The notes: generated by a model not told the origin, from the letters alone. A DNA stretch of 63,876 bases, filler included, from Rhabdomonas costata (GCA_019059605.1; 56 parts of 56 records of this genome joined end to end with filler, not necessarily neighbours in it); one strand, 5' to 3'. Positions 37,060-50,287 are shown, numbered from the whole stretch's first letter. Program-made: numbers and translations.

Positions 37060-37490
37060 TTTAACTCACCTCGAAGCTCTTGCTCGCCGGCCCGTTTTGC
37101 GGAGGGCACGCCCCGACAAGCGCCCTGGACCGCCTCCTGCGCAAGCGGTTTCTTTGATGGCAGGCAGGGGGATATCCTCGGACTGTGGAATAACACCGTG
37201 CTGGTATGGAGGAGGAAAGGCAACCGGCCCAGGGCCGAAGTCACCCAGGTAGCCGCCACGTTCAGGAAGGAAGCGCAATGGGTGGACAAAGGCCGTCCGG
37301 GTATGGGATGCAGAATGCTTTGCTCCCGAGGGACCGTCGACGTCCGCCGGAATCTGGACAAGATCCGGGCCCTCTTCCACAAAAGGGACGATCCCGTTGG
37401 GCTACCGACACACGTCAGCTGAGAAGTCACCGGGGACAACGCAGACAAGCGGATACACCGACTTGTCCCGGGCACCGCACCCTGAACGTA
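37060..37490 (+). mobile_element. Degenerate CRE/SLACS-like region upstream of the RT
   Basis: GDILGLW...KGRPGMGCRMLCSRG...KIRALFH...*EVT...IHRLVPGTAP resembles G..SKA...L.S.G...L..LHP...V...G.APGP; internal stop at 37420-37422. Confidence 0.55.
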
Positions 37491-40400
37491 TGGTCTCAGG
37501 GCAGAACACCTCTCCACTCAGATGCTCCCATATATCTTCCGTGAATCACTGGCTTTATCCCAATGCACCACTACTTCATCAACTCTTGATCTTTTCTGAA
37601 GTCTCATCTCACCNNNNNNNNNNNNNNNNNNNNNNNNNNNNNNNNNNNNNNNNNNNNTTAATTAATTAANNNNNNNNNNNNNNNNNNNNNNNNNNNNNNN
37701 NNNNNNNNNNNNNTGTTGTTAAGGTTTGCAAATAGAACTTCAAAGGGAAAAAGGTTAACGACCAATGGCATAGCATAAAGCAAAAGTACAAGGTGCCCTC
37801 TCAAGTCGAGAGGGGGGGGGGTGCGATGCACAGCACAGGGAAAAAGGCACAGAAGGGTGCAATGACGGAAACGATATTGAAAATAGCAATACAGCGGACC
37901 AAACTAGCAGTGGAGGTGGAATATTGGGCAAGAACGGCGGGAAAAAGAGTGAGAGGGGAGCTGAAGTGGGTCGGCGGAAAGAAAACACCTGTGAGAGAGA
38001 CAAATGAGCACCAACCAGAGGATATTTAAGAGCGCCTTTAAAAGTGAAAAGCAAATGGGCAGCCACATGCTTGGCTGTCACAGCGCCTCCTCAGCTGCCC
38101 TGTAACACATTTCTAGAAAATGACTTGAGGGGACACCATATTTTAACACGCACACGCTCTAATATCATTATCAGATACAATTTGGTTTGCGTCCTACGTG
38201 AGAGAGGGATGTGCACATGACAGAGAATGAACCGATCTGGGTTTAATCACAAAGTTCTCGTATGGGATTCTATGGGTTTCGAGACCTGTGTGCAGTATAT
38301 ATAGGAAGTGACGTGCGGGATTTCTTGCGGGACACACGCGATCATCGGAGTAGATGTGGGAGCAGCGGATGTACAGGATTTAGAACAGAACGGGGTTTTG
38401 GTGGAGTCTTACACGCCACCAGCAATTTTAAGTTTATGTGCAACCTTGCAGGAATCTCACTGAGAAGGTGCCCTAGTGGCCGACAGGTCTGCAGAGAAAA
38501 TGTCTTCCTTGAGTATCAATTCGCAAGCCTCACGACACCTGCCCACGGAACCAGCAGGGCAAACTGCGCAGGGAACTCCCCGGAGCCCTTTCCACGGTGA
38601 GCAGTGCGCCCCTCCCTTTGCCTCTGTTTTTTATTAGGCCGTGCAGAGCCAGTGCCTTGTGTTGCTCAACAGCTGCGGGGCTACTGTGGGTAGCCTTGCC
38701 GAAGCACTGGACAAGGAGCATGAAGGGGTGCAGCAGAAGAGGATGGACAACAACAANNNNNNNNNNNNNNNNNNNNNNNNNNNNNNNNNNNNNNNNNNNN
38801 TTAATTAATTAANNNNNNNNNNNNNNNNNNNNNNNNNNNNNNNNNNNNNNNNNNNNGGTTGGTTGTTTACACAAATGAAAATATTTTCACGAGGATTGCG
38901 GGAAGGGCCTTCCTGACCGTACTCTCTTGGCACCCCGTTTGTGTGGGCATGCCCTGTGCAACTTTCTGTGTCAAGTGCAATTACGACCGGCGGCAGTGGG
39001 CAAAGGCTGGCTGACTTCCGCCGCAAGCATTGTACAGCGGAAGCGTGATTTAGATTTCCGAGCAAAGCCCCAATAAAGTGCAATTAGGAGGTAAAGAGGG
39101 GTAGTGTGAGTCGAAACCGGGGAACGCGCGACTGCTGCGCCCGCTCACCTTTCAGGGACAACATGTCTTTTTGGGGGCGCGAACATAGGTTTTTGTAACG
39201 TCCGTGTACTGCAGTGGGATTCCCCGAAAATAAAATAATTATTTTTAGCCGGCCCCAATACTTCCTTCAATCGGCCTGTCTCAGTCAACTTCGGTGTGTC
39301 TTCGTGCCATAAATCCCTGTTTTCAATCGTTCTTTAGTTCGCCAGACAAATCTTCATGTATTAACCTTCCCAAGTTTTAAATTTTTAATTGGTTTTGCAC
39401 CTTGTCCAAATACTTCTTATGCTACACAAGAGGACCTGCTCGCAATTCAACCAAAAGTAACGCCAAAACGATGAGGTATCTCATTTGGAAAGCTCTTTCC
39501 TCAGCCAAATATTTGTTTTCTGCTTTCAGAATGAACGTACTATTTTTGCTAAAAGGTCTGAACCCCCACTGGTGTCCTTGGCTCCTGGTTGCTAATTTCT
39601 GGAAACTAGAAGGTTAACGCAGCCCAGACGTGTCAAAACTTCGGCAAGGCTTGCAAATTTTGTTTCCATACTGTTTCCGATGACGAACAACCATTGTTGT
39701 GTCGTTTGAATTGAATTTGTTCGAGACTCATTCCTCGGGGGGCGCCCCTCTGATAACCGTTTCTGCACGGAGCTGCTGCGGAGGGTACTGGTGGAGGGCC
39801 CCAGTTCTGTAGTCAGGGATGGCCAACCTGAGAACTTCTTTCTGAAGTGTGATTGGTTTCGAGGTTCCACACACCCCAGCGCGCGAAGACAAGAAAACCN
39901 NNNNNNNNNNNNNNNNNNNNNNNNNNNNNNNNNNNNNNNNNNNTTAATTAATTAANNNNNNNNNNNNNNNNNNNNNNNNNNNNNNNNNNNNNNNNNNNNT
40001 CGTTACGAAAAAGACGCACACAGCTCAAGGTTTTGACACAAGTGCGGGATGAAAAGGTGAGAGAAGCAGCACTGTAGAAGGTCCGGCCGCACAAGTTTCG
40101 TGAGCTGGATGAGAAGATCAGCATTGCAAGTGCAACAACAAGGATGACTCCGCAAAACACATGAAAGAGGACACGATCCCCCGGGCATATTGCAGAAAGC
40201 AATCGGGGAATGGCGCAGACCAAAAAACCTTGTGTTGGTAGCGATGAAGGTGGGGAAGCAGAATATTACTGAAAAAAGTGGATGTGAGGGAGGAAGGTCA
40301 TAGGCATTGTGACCCCCTCCTTCTCCACAAGAGACCCTACAACTAATGCCTCACAGGGGTACTGACAGGGGAGGGGCTTCGGGAGAATACAGAGACGCAG

Positions 40401-40545
40401 TGGGACAGGAGGAAGTGGCTGACCACGTGGAGGTGCAAGTGGGAGTAAAGCAGGGGACGCAGGAGGCGGGGTAAATGTACAGGAAAGGAGAGCGTGATGA
40501 AGCCGCGCCGGAATCTCCTTGCCCACCCACACCCAACTGGGAACA

Positions 40546-40593
40546 TGCGACATGACCATAGTGCGACATGACCATAGTGCGACATGACCATAG
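40546..40593. repeat. Three 16-bp tandem repeats (TGCGACATGACCATAG)
   Basis: Seen directly. Confidence 0.9.
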
Positions 40594-41451
40594 AGGCAAA
40601 GTTTACACCATGATTCCCTATTGGAGCTAACAAATTTCATCTAGACCTCCACCCAGAGCACCTAACCACATGTACCGTGCGTATGAAATTGAGATAGGTG
40701 GTAAGGTGGACCTATATTGTTCAGCAAGAACACAAATATACTGTCCACTTGAATTTCAGAGTGACAAATCGTTCATCAATGCCACCTTTTCGGACTGAAT
40801 AGCATAAAAAATAGCAATTAATTAGGACCCCAAAGGTGCTGATGCCATTAACTTCTTATCATACAATAAACAACCCATTTTTTCATGGTATTGTATGCTG
40901 CAACTGCAGATTCTCTCCGTTTCTCCGTTTATGCCCGATGGAGCTGCTTGAAAAGCACTCCAACATGGTTTTCGAGTGGGCAGCAAGAGACCTTCAAGGA
41001 CTAGAAGACCGGTGAGGTTGGAAGAGAGACCACCGCTGCAAANNNNNNNNNNNNNNNNNNNNNNNNNNNNNNNNNNNNNNNNNNNNTTAATTAATTAANN
41101 NNNNNNNNNNNNNNNNNNNNNNNNNNNNNNNNNNNNNNNNNNTGTGTGTTTTTTTTTCAGGCACTGCACTGATTGTGGAACGGGGACCAATCCCTGCCTG
41201 GGTGTGCTCTACTTTTTTCCACCGAATGACATTTGGGTGAGTCCTGCACCTTTCCAAACATGCAGGCATGTTGTGCTGTAACGACGTCCTTGTTTACCTT
41301 TTCTTTATGTTCTCAATAGGAGCGCAGTTTGAAAATGTTTGTTATTGTGAAATGGAATCGCTGCACTTACAACACGATCCCTCCTCCAGCTCAGCCGGTG
41401 GGTCATACGCTTTTTACCTAACTCTTTTTTATCGTTGGTGGACTGTCCGTA

Positions 41452-41578
41452 GGATGTTGGGAGGGCACCCCTCTGCTGGGCACCTTCTTCCCACTGTTCT
41501 ACGTCTCCCCCACCACGGGCCTGACCTGCACCCCGGCGGGCTTTGTGTCGTGTGGCTCCTCCACCAACTTCACCTGTG
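41452..41578 (+). CDS. Possible Cys/Thr-rich exon
   Basis: TAG acceptor; CWEGTPLLGTFFPLFYVSPTTGLTCTPAGFVSCGSSTNFTC; GT donor. Confidence 0.35.
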
Positions 41579-42289
41579 GTGTGATGCTTGCCCCTTGTCC
41601 CTTTTTTGAGTTGATCGTGGCTCAATCCACTATCCAAGCTAAGTTTCCCGTGAGGGAACCCTACAGGAACAGGAGGCTCAGCGGAAGAGGGCAGGAATAG
41701 CCCTCAACACAACTAAAGAGTGATGTACTGGCACGGCAACGCCTGTAGATACCGGTGCCGCCCGTTCACCCATCCAAATGAAAAGCTCCAAGGGTCGTTC
41801 CCACAAGAAAAGGCCCCAGCCCCCCAAGGAAGGACCTGAGCAGCAATGGAGCAATGCAGGTAGCCGCTGGAAAAGAGCAGCTGCGCGACAAAGGCCCGGG
41901 ACCCGTGGGATAGAAGGGAGGTTACCAGATGTGGAACGTTCGGTGGTGAGCCGGTTTCGGTTCCCCACGGCACCGTTCGCTCCAACGGCACCTCTCGCGA
42001 GCACGGTGGCCAACATCGCTTAGGCCCTTCAGTCGACGGTGGTCACCAACAACCAAGCAACCAGTCAACCAGGCAACAGCCAGCGCACAATGCGCCTTGG
42101 CGCGGTGTGCTGGGGCGTGTACTTGTGCTTCAAGTTCTGCTTTGTTGGCGCGTTGGCGGTGCTGCAGTCCGTGCTGAAGACCATANNNNNNNNNNNNNNN
42201 NNNNNNNNNNNNNNNNNNNNNNNNNNNNNTTAATTAATTAANNNNNNNNNNNNNNNNNNNNNNNNNNNNNNNNNNNNNNNNNNNNTGTT

Positions 42290-42824
42290 GTCGAAGACCT
42301 CCAGGTTCAATTGTCCAGATCCGCGAGAAAATACACCGCGCACATCAGCAGCCAAAATTGTTTTGTCATGTCCATGCCAACCTTTCCGAGCACGACCTAC
42401 TTCTGTCTCATCTGCCCCAACCTCGCAGTCCTTTCCGTCAAGTACAGACACGGTTGCCTCCTGCTGGTTCAAAACACATTGCCTGCATCTCGAAGACCAG
42501 TCGGCAACCGTCGCAGACGAATGCCCCAACAACAGATCGTTCTCCGGCGCAAGCATGCGCCCAGAAGTACGCCAGCATCAACCACTGCCCACGAGAAAGC
42601 TTGGCTCCCTCCAACAAACCCGTTGAAGTGGAAGACACCCTCTTCTGGCAAGCCTTAGAAGAGCACCTGAGACCGGGCATCCCCCTGTGGACATCAGCCC
42701 GCAGAGAAGACCCGCAGGCGGGGCACTCAGACGTCTTGTCGCAGTAAATGTTGTATTTTAGAAGGAATTGCGAGAGTTTCCTTTCGTCTCTGACAATTTC
42801 CAACACATCATGAAGAGACAACAT
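42290..42824 (-). mobile_element. Merlin/IS1595 (ISXO2-like) DDE transposase, N-terminal part, frameshifted near 42538
   Basis: Zn ribbon CPAC...RCSSKAC, then GLLEGAKLS..W...YFW, HTH LGHSSATVADW...R, EVGADETEVGRARKG (VExDE) and GVFSRGSG. Confidence 0.88.
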
Positions 42825-45082
42825 CGTGGAATACTGCGAGAAAACACACTGTAGTACACTGCTAAAGGAATGCCGAATAATTCTCCATGACATGACAGAA
42901 GAGTGCCGAAAACCCAGCAGTGCGTTCCCAGGATTGTATAAACTTTGAAAGCATATTCGAGACTGATTGCGCACTTTCCTGCATTTTGCCTTAGCTAGTC
43001 GATTCAAGTGATGTACTCCTTGCCTAGCCAAAGGGCCCCCGCTGTTGCTGCAGGGTGGTTGAATCGATTTTTTTTCGGGAAACCGAACAGTTCAGTGGGA
43101 TACCATAGGAAAGGCCCTGGGCCCGTTTGGTGAGTTGGGAAGGAAAGGGGCACTGTTGTTTGGTCGCCAATTTTCTGAAATGCGACCGATTTGAATCTTC
43201 CGTGGATGTGAATAGAAATGCGAGAAATTCTTTGTCAGGGTGTTCCTTAGCCCAAATAGAGAACGCGAAGGCAAAACGTTGGGGTGGAATAGGCTGGTAG
43301 TTAAGCTCTTCTGAATTACCAAAACAANNNNNNNNNNNNNNNNNNNNNNNNNNNNNNNNNNNNNNNNNNNNTTAATTAATTAANNNNNNNNNNNNNNNNN
43401 NNNNNNNNNNNNNNNNNNNNNNNNNNNGGTTTGGGGGGGGGGAAGTACGCAGCCGCTGCTGACTGGCAAAGAACCCAGCTGCTCGTCCAATAGGAAGGCT
43501 TTTAGGCCTATGATTCTAAAGCGCACACCTGATGTGTTGTTAATGTTCTTGTCGATTTCATTCGGGATAAAAACAAGGACGCTGACAATCCTGGGGCCTG
43601 GGGTGGACGATCTGGTCCAGAACGTCAAGGTTTTACATCGTCTATGTGTGGGCTTGCGAGTTGGGGTTGGAGAGAAGGTATTACATCTTGCGGTGGTGAT
43701 GGGGACAGCGGGAGAGGTCATCGAGTGCTCGTCCAATTCGCTGGAATATTAATACGAGGTGGCATATTCCTCGATGAAGAACAGGTGTAGTTCAGATAGC
43801 GTCAGTTGCACACATAGCTTTTTCACTTGAAAACCTGTGCAGAGCTTGCTGGTGCTCGTGCTAATGGAGTTAGATGGAATGGAAGGCAGCAGGAATGAGC
43901 GAAGAAGAGATGGGAAATGCAATCGGGCCTGAAGGGCCCAAAGCGGCGGAGCTCTCCGCCTTCCTGCTGATTTTTACAAAGCTCGTTATCAGCAATAATA
44001 TACATTTCGCATGCTGATCAATCAGCTGTCAAAGCACCTCCGGTGCTTGTATCACCAACGCACTGGTACCGCACCCAACACTGCACCAATCTTACTCCAT
44101 AAAAAACCGAGAACCACGGGGAAGGAAAATTGCTAGATGTCCTGAAAAGAAAGGAAAAAGGAACAACAAAAAGCATATATCCAACTTGATTACTTTTTGA
44201 ATTTCATTTGATTTGAATTTGATTTCAGATACTCTGACGGTCCGGGAAACTGCAGACACTCTGCGTCACACACTGGGATACCACAGAGACGGGAGGTGCG
44301 CCGGCCTACACATTTCTCAAGAAGAGATTTGGTGGGTGGATAAATCCCGGGTTGAAGGAAAAGATGGAAGATGAAGATGGGTACTCACGAACCTCCTGAA
44401 ACCAAACACAAACTGAGAACCGGAAAGCCGCTAGTCTCAACCCCAAACAAACACCTGTCCCCAACAACCCNNNNNNNNNNNNNNNNNNNNNNNNNNNNNN
44501 NNNNNNNNNNNNNNTTAATTAATTAANNNNNNNNNNNNNNNNNNNNNNNNNNNNNNNNNNNNNNNNNNNNGTTGTTGGTGGCACACCCCGCATATGGTGT
44601 GTCCATTCAAAAGGAAATCCTGATTTCGCATCACTCCAATGGCACTTATCCTTCCTTAATGCAGACCCGGACCGGGTGAAACCCTCCAGAAGGGAATATA
44701 AAAGCTGTGAAAAGGTTCACACTTGCTTCCACGCCCACAGTATTACTCAAAGGTGGGACCATAACCAGCACCCCTCCGACGGGTTGCAAGAACCCTACTG
44801 CGTTCCAGAGTGCGCCATCTTAAAGAACGCTGAACCATATTGCAAGCGACAAACAAGCAGGGCGCCTTGAAGGAAAGGTCAACCACAGGCTTTGTGCAAC
44901 GCCTTGGGTAGAGTTGCATGGCACCCTTTTGGAGGGTCGCTGGTAATCACCAATCACAGACAACGGGGGACCTTGACCTTCATCGCGCCCGTAAAAGATT
45001 ATTCAGCTGTGGCTTCTTCCAGAATGTCTGGGGCCAAAGATCCACACCTCTACCCCACCTCTACCCCGCCTCTACTCGATAG

Positions 45083-45233
45083 GATGCCAACGCGATGCTG
45101 ACGAAGGCGTCGGAGCTGGCCGCGAAATTTGTGCCCGACATGAAGAGCTCCGTGTTCCGGGTGCAGGTCGCAGTGTCCAAGCTGCAGGCCAACCCCAAGC
45201 TCAAGGCCGATGCCAACACGGCCGTGCTGCGAG
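45083..45233 (+). CDS. Exon, unknown helical protein
   Basis: TAG acceptor and G|GTACGG donor; strongly GC3-rich DANAMLTKASELAAKFVPDMKSSVFRVQVAVSKLQANPKLKADANTAVLR. Confidence 0.65.
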
Positions 45234-45735
45234 GTACGGGCCGAAACGCAAGCACAAAGAAAACCACCTCTCCCTGCTTAGTTGAGATGTCATGTGCGAT
45301 TCAGAAGCTACCTGAATTTTGTCCCGGTGATAGTTTATCCAAGTCCGGTGTAGGGTCCGATCCATTGGGGGGGGGGCTGTTTAACAACATAACCTTAATA
45401 ACGTTGTTAGCAACGTTGAAACGTTTAAGTTTGTTAAAGGAGAGGTTAGCGCCAGAAACCCTCCTTCGTATGACGCTTTTGGTGCGCATGCCTATGAAGA
45501 CTCCCCCAGACAACCTCCCCGACTCCGCCGCCGGCTCCGGCCGCGCCGCAGTTCAAAAACCGTTTAGCACCTCTACCCCCCTCCCCCAACGAATGCATCG
45601 GACCGCCCAGTGNNNNNNNNNNNNNNNNNNNNNNNNNNNNNNNNNNNNNNNNNNNNTTAATTAATTAANNNNNNNNNNNNNNNNNNNNNNNNNNNNNNNN
45701 NNNNNNNNNNNNGTGGTTGGGAACTGTGCTCTGGT

Positions 45736-46754
45736 GTGCATGCAGTGCTCTCACGAGCTAGCATCAGCGGATCAGCTCCGCAAAGAGGCTGCTTGACAGA
45801 TATTTCTGAGGCTTGCTCAGAGGAGCTCGCGAAGCTGTGGAAGAGCCCTGTTGTGGGAGGCGAAATGTACGAGTCTGAAGTCGTGGGTTGTGACTCAGGC
45901 AAAAAGTTACCCTGCGGAGCTGACGTAGAAGATGCCACGGTCACAACTGAGCAAGAGAGTGTCTGCTTAGCGTCGTCGCTCACTGGACTGCCGGTAGAAG
46001 CTGGAATGAGATTGACCAGAGGTGGCAGTACATCCGAAGAGCTTCGTTCACATCGAGGAGGCACGGAGGCTGGCTCACAAGAACCGACGACAGAGCACAG
46101 TTCCCAAGCTGGTTGTCACTCCTCGGACACTCGACGCGACTCTCCAGAACCCGGCCGTGCATCCCCGGAACGACCGCCTCCCGAGACCCTGCGCATTGCT
46201 TCCGATGCGCTTCTTGACGATCTGGCCGCTACTGACCCCGTTGGGGCGGACACATCGGGTTCTTGCGACATTTCACCGCTCGGAAAGTGCTCTGCTTCAG
46301 CGGAACTTGAGTGCAGCCCTTCAAATCCTCTCCTAGCATCCCCGACCATCGGATCTTCTCCCAGCTCTGCGGATTCCTCCAAGTACACACAGGGCAGTTC
46401 CCCAGGGCAGCCTCTTCCACCCGCCGCGGAAGAGCAGCGACATCCAGGTTCAGTGCCAGAGCCCTGCTATGAGGAGCTCTCTCCGCCATCGCCGATAGCA
46501 AAGCTCTCGTTCAGGTCTGCGGGTTCTTCGAATCACATCGCAGGAAATGCTGAGCTTACTTACTTGAGTTCTGCTGCAGCTACGATGACCACACAGGAAC
46601 ATTCGTCCCCCAACTCTGAAACCACTCTTTCAGATTCTTCCCTGTCACCAGCAAAGGTGCTTTTCCCCAGAGAGCACGCTCCGAGTTCTTCGACAGAGCC
46701 TGTGGCCGTGCCTTCTCAATTTCAGTTACCACAAAACCCAAACGCACCCAACAC
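45736..46754 (+). CDS. Long Ser/Pro/Glu-rich disordered exon fragment
   Basis: About 340 codons without a stop across nearly the whole contig. Confidence 0.6.
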
Positions 46755-46860
46755 NNNNNNNNNNNNNNNNNNNNNNNNNNNNNNNNNNNNNNNNNNNNTT
46801 AATTAATTAANNNNNNNNNNNNNNNNNNNNNNNNNNNNNNNNNNNNNNNNNNNNTGTTGG

Positions 46861-47010
46861 TTTTATTCACTCTGACGTCAAATTAATCTGAATGACAAGA
46901 CAATTCGAACATCGATCATTTCTCGCTTGTTTTTTGTCAGATCTGTGTGAAATGATCGATGTTCGAATTGTCTTGTCATTCAGATTAATTTGACGTCAGA
47001 GTGAATAAAA
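46861..47010. repeat. Terminal fold-back hairpin (62-bp perfect arms), likely WGA artefact
   Basis: 46861-46922 is the reverse complement of 46949-47010, followed by a primer-like C/A run. Confidence 0.85.
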
Positions 47011-47678
47011 ACAACCACACCACAGCGAAGGTTGGATGTCTGATGTGCAGACCTTTGATACAATCGGATCGCTGGTTACCTTTCTGTCCATTTTCGTATT
47101 ACTCTGCGTTTTGCTGTATTTCCGTGCTTACCGCATTTTTTGTACTGGTACAATAAATAATCCGTCAAACCAGCACGAGACAGCACTAAAATACCCACGA
47201 GAAGAGCCCGAAGAGACCAGTCTTGCAATAGAATTTCATGCCTAGTTGATCGGTGATTGCAGCGCTGCAACCTTGAATACCTTGGTGGTTCTCTACACTC
47301 ATGGCGTCATCGGGTCTTCGGGCCCTTTGTGGATGGCTGGGTGCGTGCGAGCGAAAAAGCTGCAGCGGCACTTTTCGTGAGTGGGCTTTTTATTGACCCT
47401 CAAAAGCTTTCGCGGGTGGTGAAGGACGAGCCCTGGCCATGGCTTTCCCCTGAGGACCATGCGGAGGCAATGCCACCAGACACTCTTCCTCCGCTTCTTA
47501 CTGACGCCGTTGCCACAGTTCAGGTGCCCTCCTTCTTTTCTCCTTCTCTTATATCTTGGTTCTTTTTGCTCAAATGAAATCTAACTTTTGGACTCCTGCT
47601 GCACGTTGTCGATGTTGTGCTGTTTTTTGTCTTTTGGTGAAATTCTTCCAAACTATAACCCCAAAAGTATGAGTGATA

Positions 47679-47770
47679 GTGTGTGTGTGTGCGTGTGCGT
47701 GTGCGTGTGCGTGTGCGTGTGCGTGTGCGTGTGCGTGCGTGCGTGCGTGTGCGTGCGTGCGCGCGCGCGC
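47679..47770. repeat. (GT)n/(GTGCGT)n/(GC)n compound microsatellite
   Basis: Seen directly. Confidence 0.92.
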
Positions 47771-48883
47771 TGTCTTCCGAGGCTGTGACCACTTGTGGCG
47801 CAGGTTTCAGGGGGTGAACCTGATCGGCACTCCCCGGTGCCGCGGAAGGCGCACCGCCACCTCCACTTCGCTATCCGTCAATCCGGCCCACCACCCCNNN
47901 NNNNNNNNNNNNNNNNNNNNNNNNNNNNNNNNNNNNNNNNNTTAATTAATTAANNNNNNNNNNNNNNNNNNNNNNNNNNNNNNNNNNNNNNNNNNNNAGA
48001 CACATCCACCAACCCGATATGGCCCACGGCGTGGGGGAGTCGCATCATCAAGGCTACGAGCTGGGATGACACGGTGACGAAGCTAGTGGTGTGCATGGTG
48101 TGTGTGTGTGTTTTCTTGAATTCTGGCAGTAGTTGGAGTGAGAAATGATGACCCCGGCGAATATGCACTTCCCCTCTTCTGGCGGAGGAGGCATTTGATG
48201 CTGTTTCCCCGCAAATCTTCAACTGAAAGTCAGGGGAACGGTGGGTGTGGGATTCGGTGAAGCAGCACTCTGCAGATCATCTCTGCGAACAAGTCAAACT
48301 GCAAAGTTCCTAGCATTGATTTCGGTTGCCAGGACACATGGGAGGTTGCCAGGGCAGGCAATCACACGTTGCCACTGACTTCTTCATAATCTCTCCAGAA
48401 AGGATCACGGAATCCTCGATCCCTCTGACGGGCCCTTCGTGCCACTTCTTCGGAAGACCCCCAAGCAGCCGAGCAGTTATCACAAACACTTTTAAATATG
48501 AATCGACGAAAATCTTGCTCGCTCCCTCTCTCCTCCCTTTAACTTCTTTGTTTGCGTCTGAGGTTCCACTTCTCACCGCAGACCACGCCCTACGCCATCA
48601 GCTACGCAAACCGTGCCACTGCAGCGACGTACGGGCTGCCGATGATCGCCATCCCCAACAGACAAGGGCACTATGGCTGTGCTTTTTCGCTGCGCATGCT
48701 TACACCTCGTCCCGCCCCCTTAATCCTCTGCGTGATGGCTTTGTAGCACTGATGTCTATGCACCCAGCACCCTTCTGCTTGCCTTTCTTTCTTTTGGCTT
48801 CCACGAGGTGGTACAACGACTGACCGTACCTGGCTTTGAATAGAGCGCGAAGGGGTGGTTTACGTGTCCTTCCCTCCTGACCG

Positions 48884-48994
48884 AAGCCTGGGACACGTGG
48901 GCAGCCGGAGGGTCTTGGCCTGTTGTCTGGTGAGTTGGCACCCCTCACGTCTGACAACAGAGCTACAGGACCCTCCGTGCGAGATACCTGAGCT
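48884..48994 (+). mobile_element. SINE-like family B, structured core
   Basis: AAGCCTGGGACACGTGG..GGAGGGTCTTGGCCTGTTGTC..GACAACAGAGCTACAGGACCCTCCGTGCGAG. Confidence 0.78.
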
Positions 48995-50287
48995 CGGAAA
49001 GGTTTTCATGGGGTGTCACCGGTTGCAACACCCCACAANNNNNNNNNNNNNNNNNNNNNNNNNNNNNNNNNNNNNNNNNNNNTTAATTAATTAANNNNNN
49101 NNNNNNNNNNNNNNNNNNNNNNNNNNNNNNNNNNNNNNTTTTTTGGTTGGGAAAGGGCTACGAACTTGGTTGTGAAGGCGGGTTGGGTATGGGGTTCTGC
49201 ATAGACGCAAAAAATTAAGCAATGCCCATCCTCAGAATTTAAAAACAGATCGCATTAGCAGCGGATGAGGGAACTGTCGTCCAAACGCCCCAGATAGGTT
49301 CAGAAAGAATTCGCTTCGGGTCCGAAAGAGAATTCCAAAAAGAGGCGAAACGCCACGGTTGTAGAGACGGGTTACAATTGCAGCAATCTCGGATCTTCTC
49401 GCTGCTTCACAGAGAGCACACAAGGCACAGCACAATGTACAATTCAGTACAGGCGAAAACAGCTGTACGACAGCAACGAAAAGGAAGTCCATGGCAAAGC
49501 TATGCAACAGAATCAGAGCAGCGCACGACGCGGCCTTGCGGCCCCGTGAGCACTGCGGGCGCTTGGAGCATACCAGGGCGAAACTCTGAGAAGGAGGACG
49601 CAGGCGTACCAAAGGCAGAGGTCCTTGCGAAGAGGGAAAACAATCAGGCAGAAACACTCTTGAATGCCACACCGCAGGTAAGTCCTGCATGTAGCGACTG
49701 ATAATGATGGTAACCAAGAGAGGAAAACTCCGTCTTTTTCTTCTAACACACTTCATTATCATCCAACACACGATTCCACTCACGAGGACGACAATATTGG
49801 GGGGGGGGGCGTTAAAGATTTACACATTTTACCCGCACCGCGGCGACTGGCCTTTGCCCCTAAAATAATGGTGTCCCAATCAATCCGCAAAATTGGAAAA
49901 CAATTACCGCCGTTAAACGATTAACAGTCCCACACAAAACACAGTTGCGCCCCCCCCCTACACACACAAAAAGAGGTGTACACCCCGAACCTTGCTCTGG
50001 CATGCTCTAGTCATCGTCTATAACAATTGCGGTGCTGACCGAGGCCCCGGCCCCCGCGCGAACAGCCTCGGCTCGGCGCGGCGGTTCACGCTGTGCCGCT
50101 GTTCCCCCCACTGCCCCACCACGGAGGGGTTGCAGGGGCATCCGCTCTGCCCCTGGGCCACACTAAACACTCCCAACACANNNNNNNNNNNNNNNNNNNN
50201 NNNNNNNNNNNNNNNNNNNNNNNNTTAATTAATTAANNNNNNNNNNNNNNNNNNNNNNNNNNNNNNNNNNNNNNNNNNNNGTGAGGT

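Noticed and set aside
35427-37490. Neighbouring CRE-like fragments as one element
   Set aside because: They are on different contigs separated by a spacer and on opposite strands; adjacency is arbitrary.
43060-43080. ATTTTTTTTCG resembling the 3' end of the Euglena spliced leader
   Set aside because: Upstream bases do not match the SL exon and no GT donor follows.
45717-46107. 17-bp inverted match TTGGGAACTGTGCTCTG / CAGAGCACAGTTCCCAA as possible TIRs
   Set aside because: One arm is at the contig start next to primer-like sequence and the other is inside an open frame; likely an amplification artefact.
47520-47945. RTRTRT / VCVCVC / CACACA ORFs
   Set aside because: Translations of a microsatellite.
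48370-48520. Minus-strand YLKVFVITARLLGGLP...RGIEDSVILSGEI resembling non-LTR RT domains 1-2
   Set aside because: No QxGF and no downstream D..KAFD on the same strand; too weak to call.
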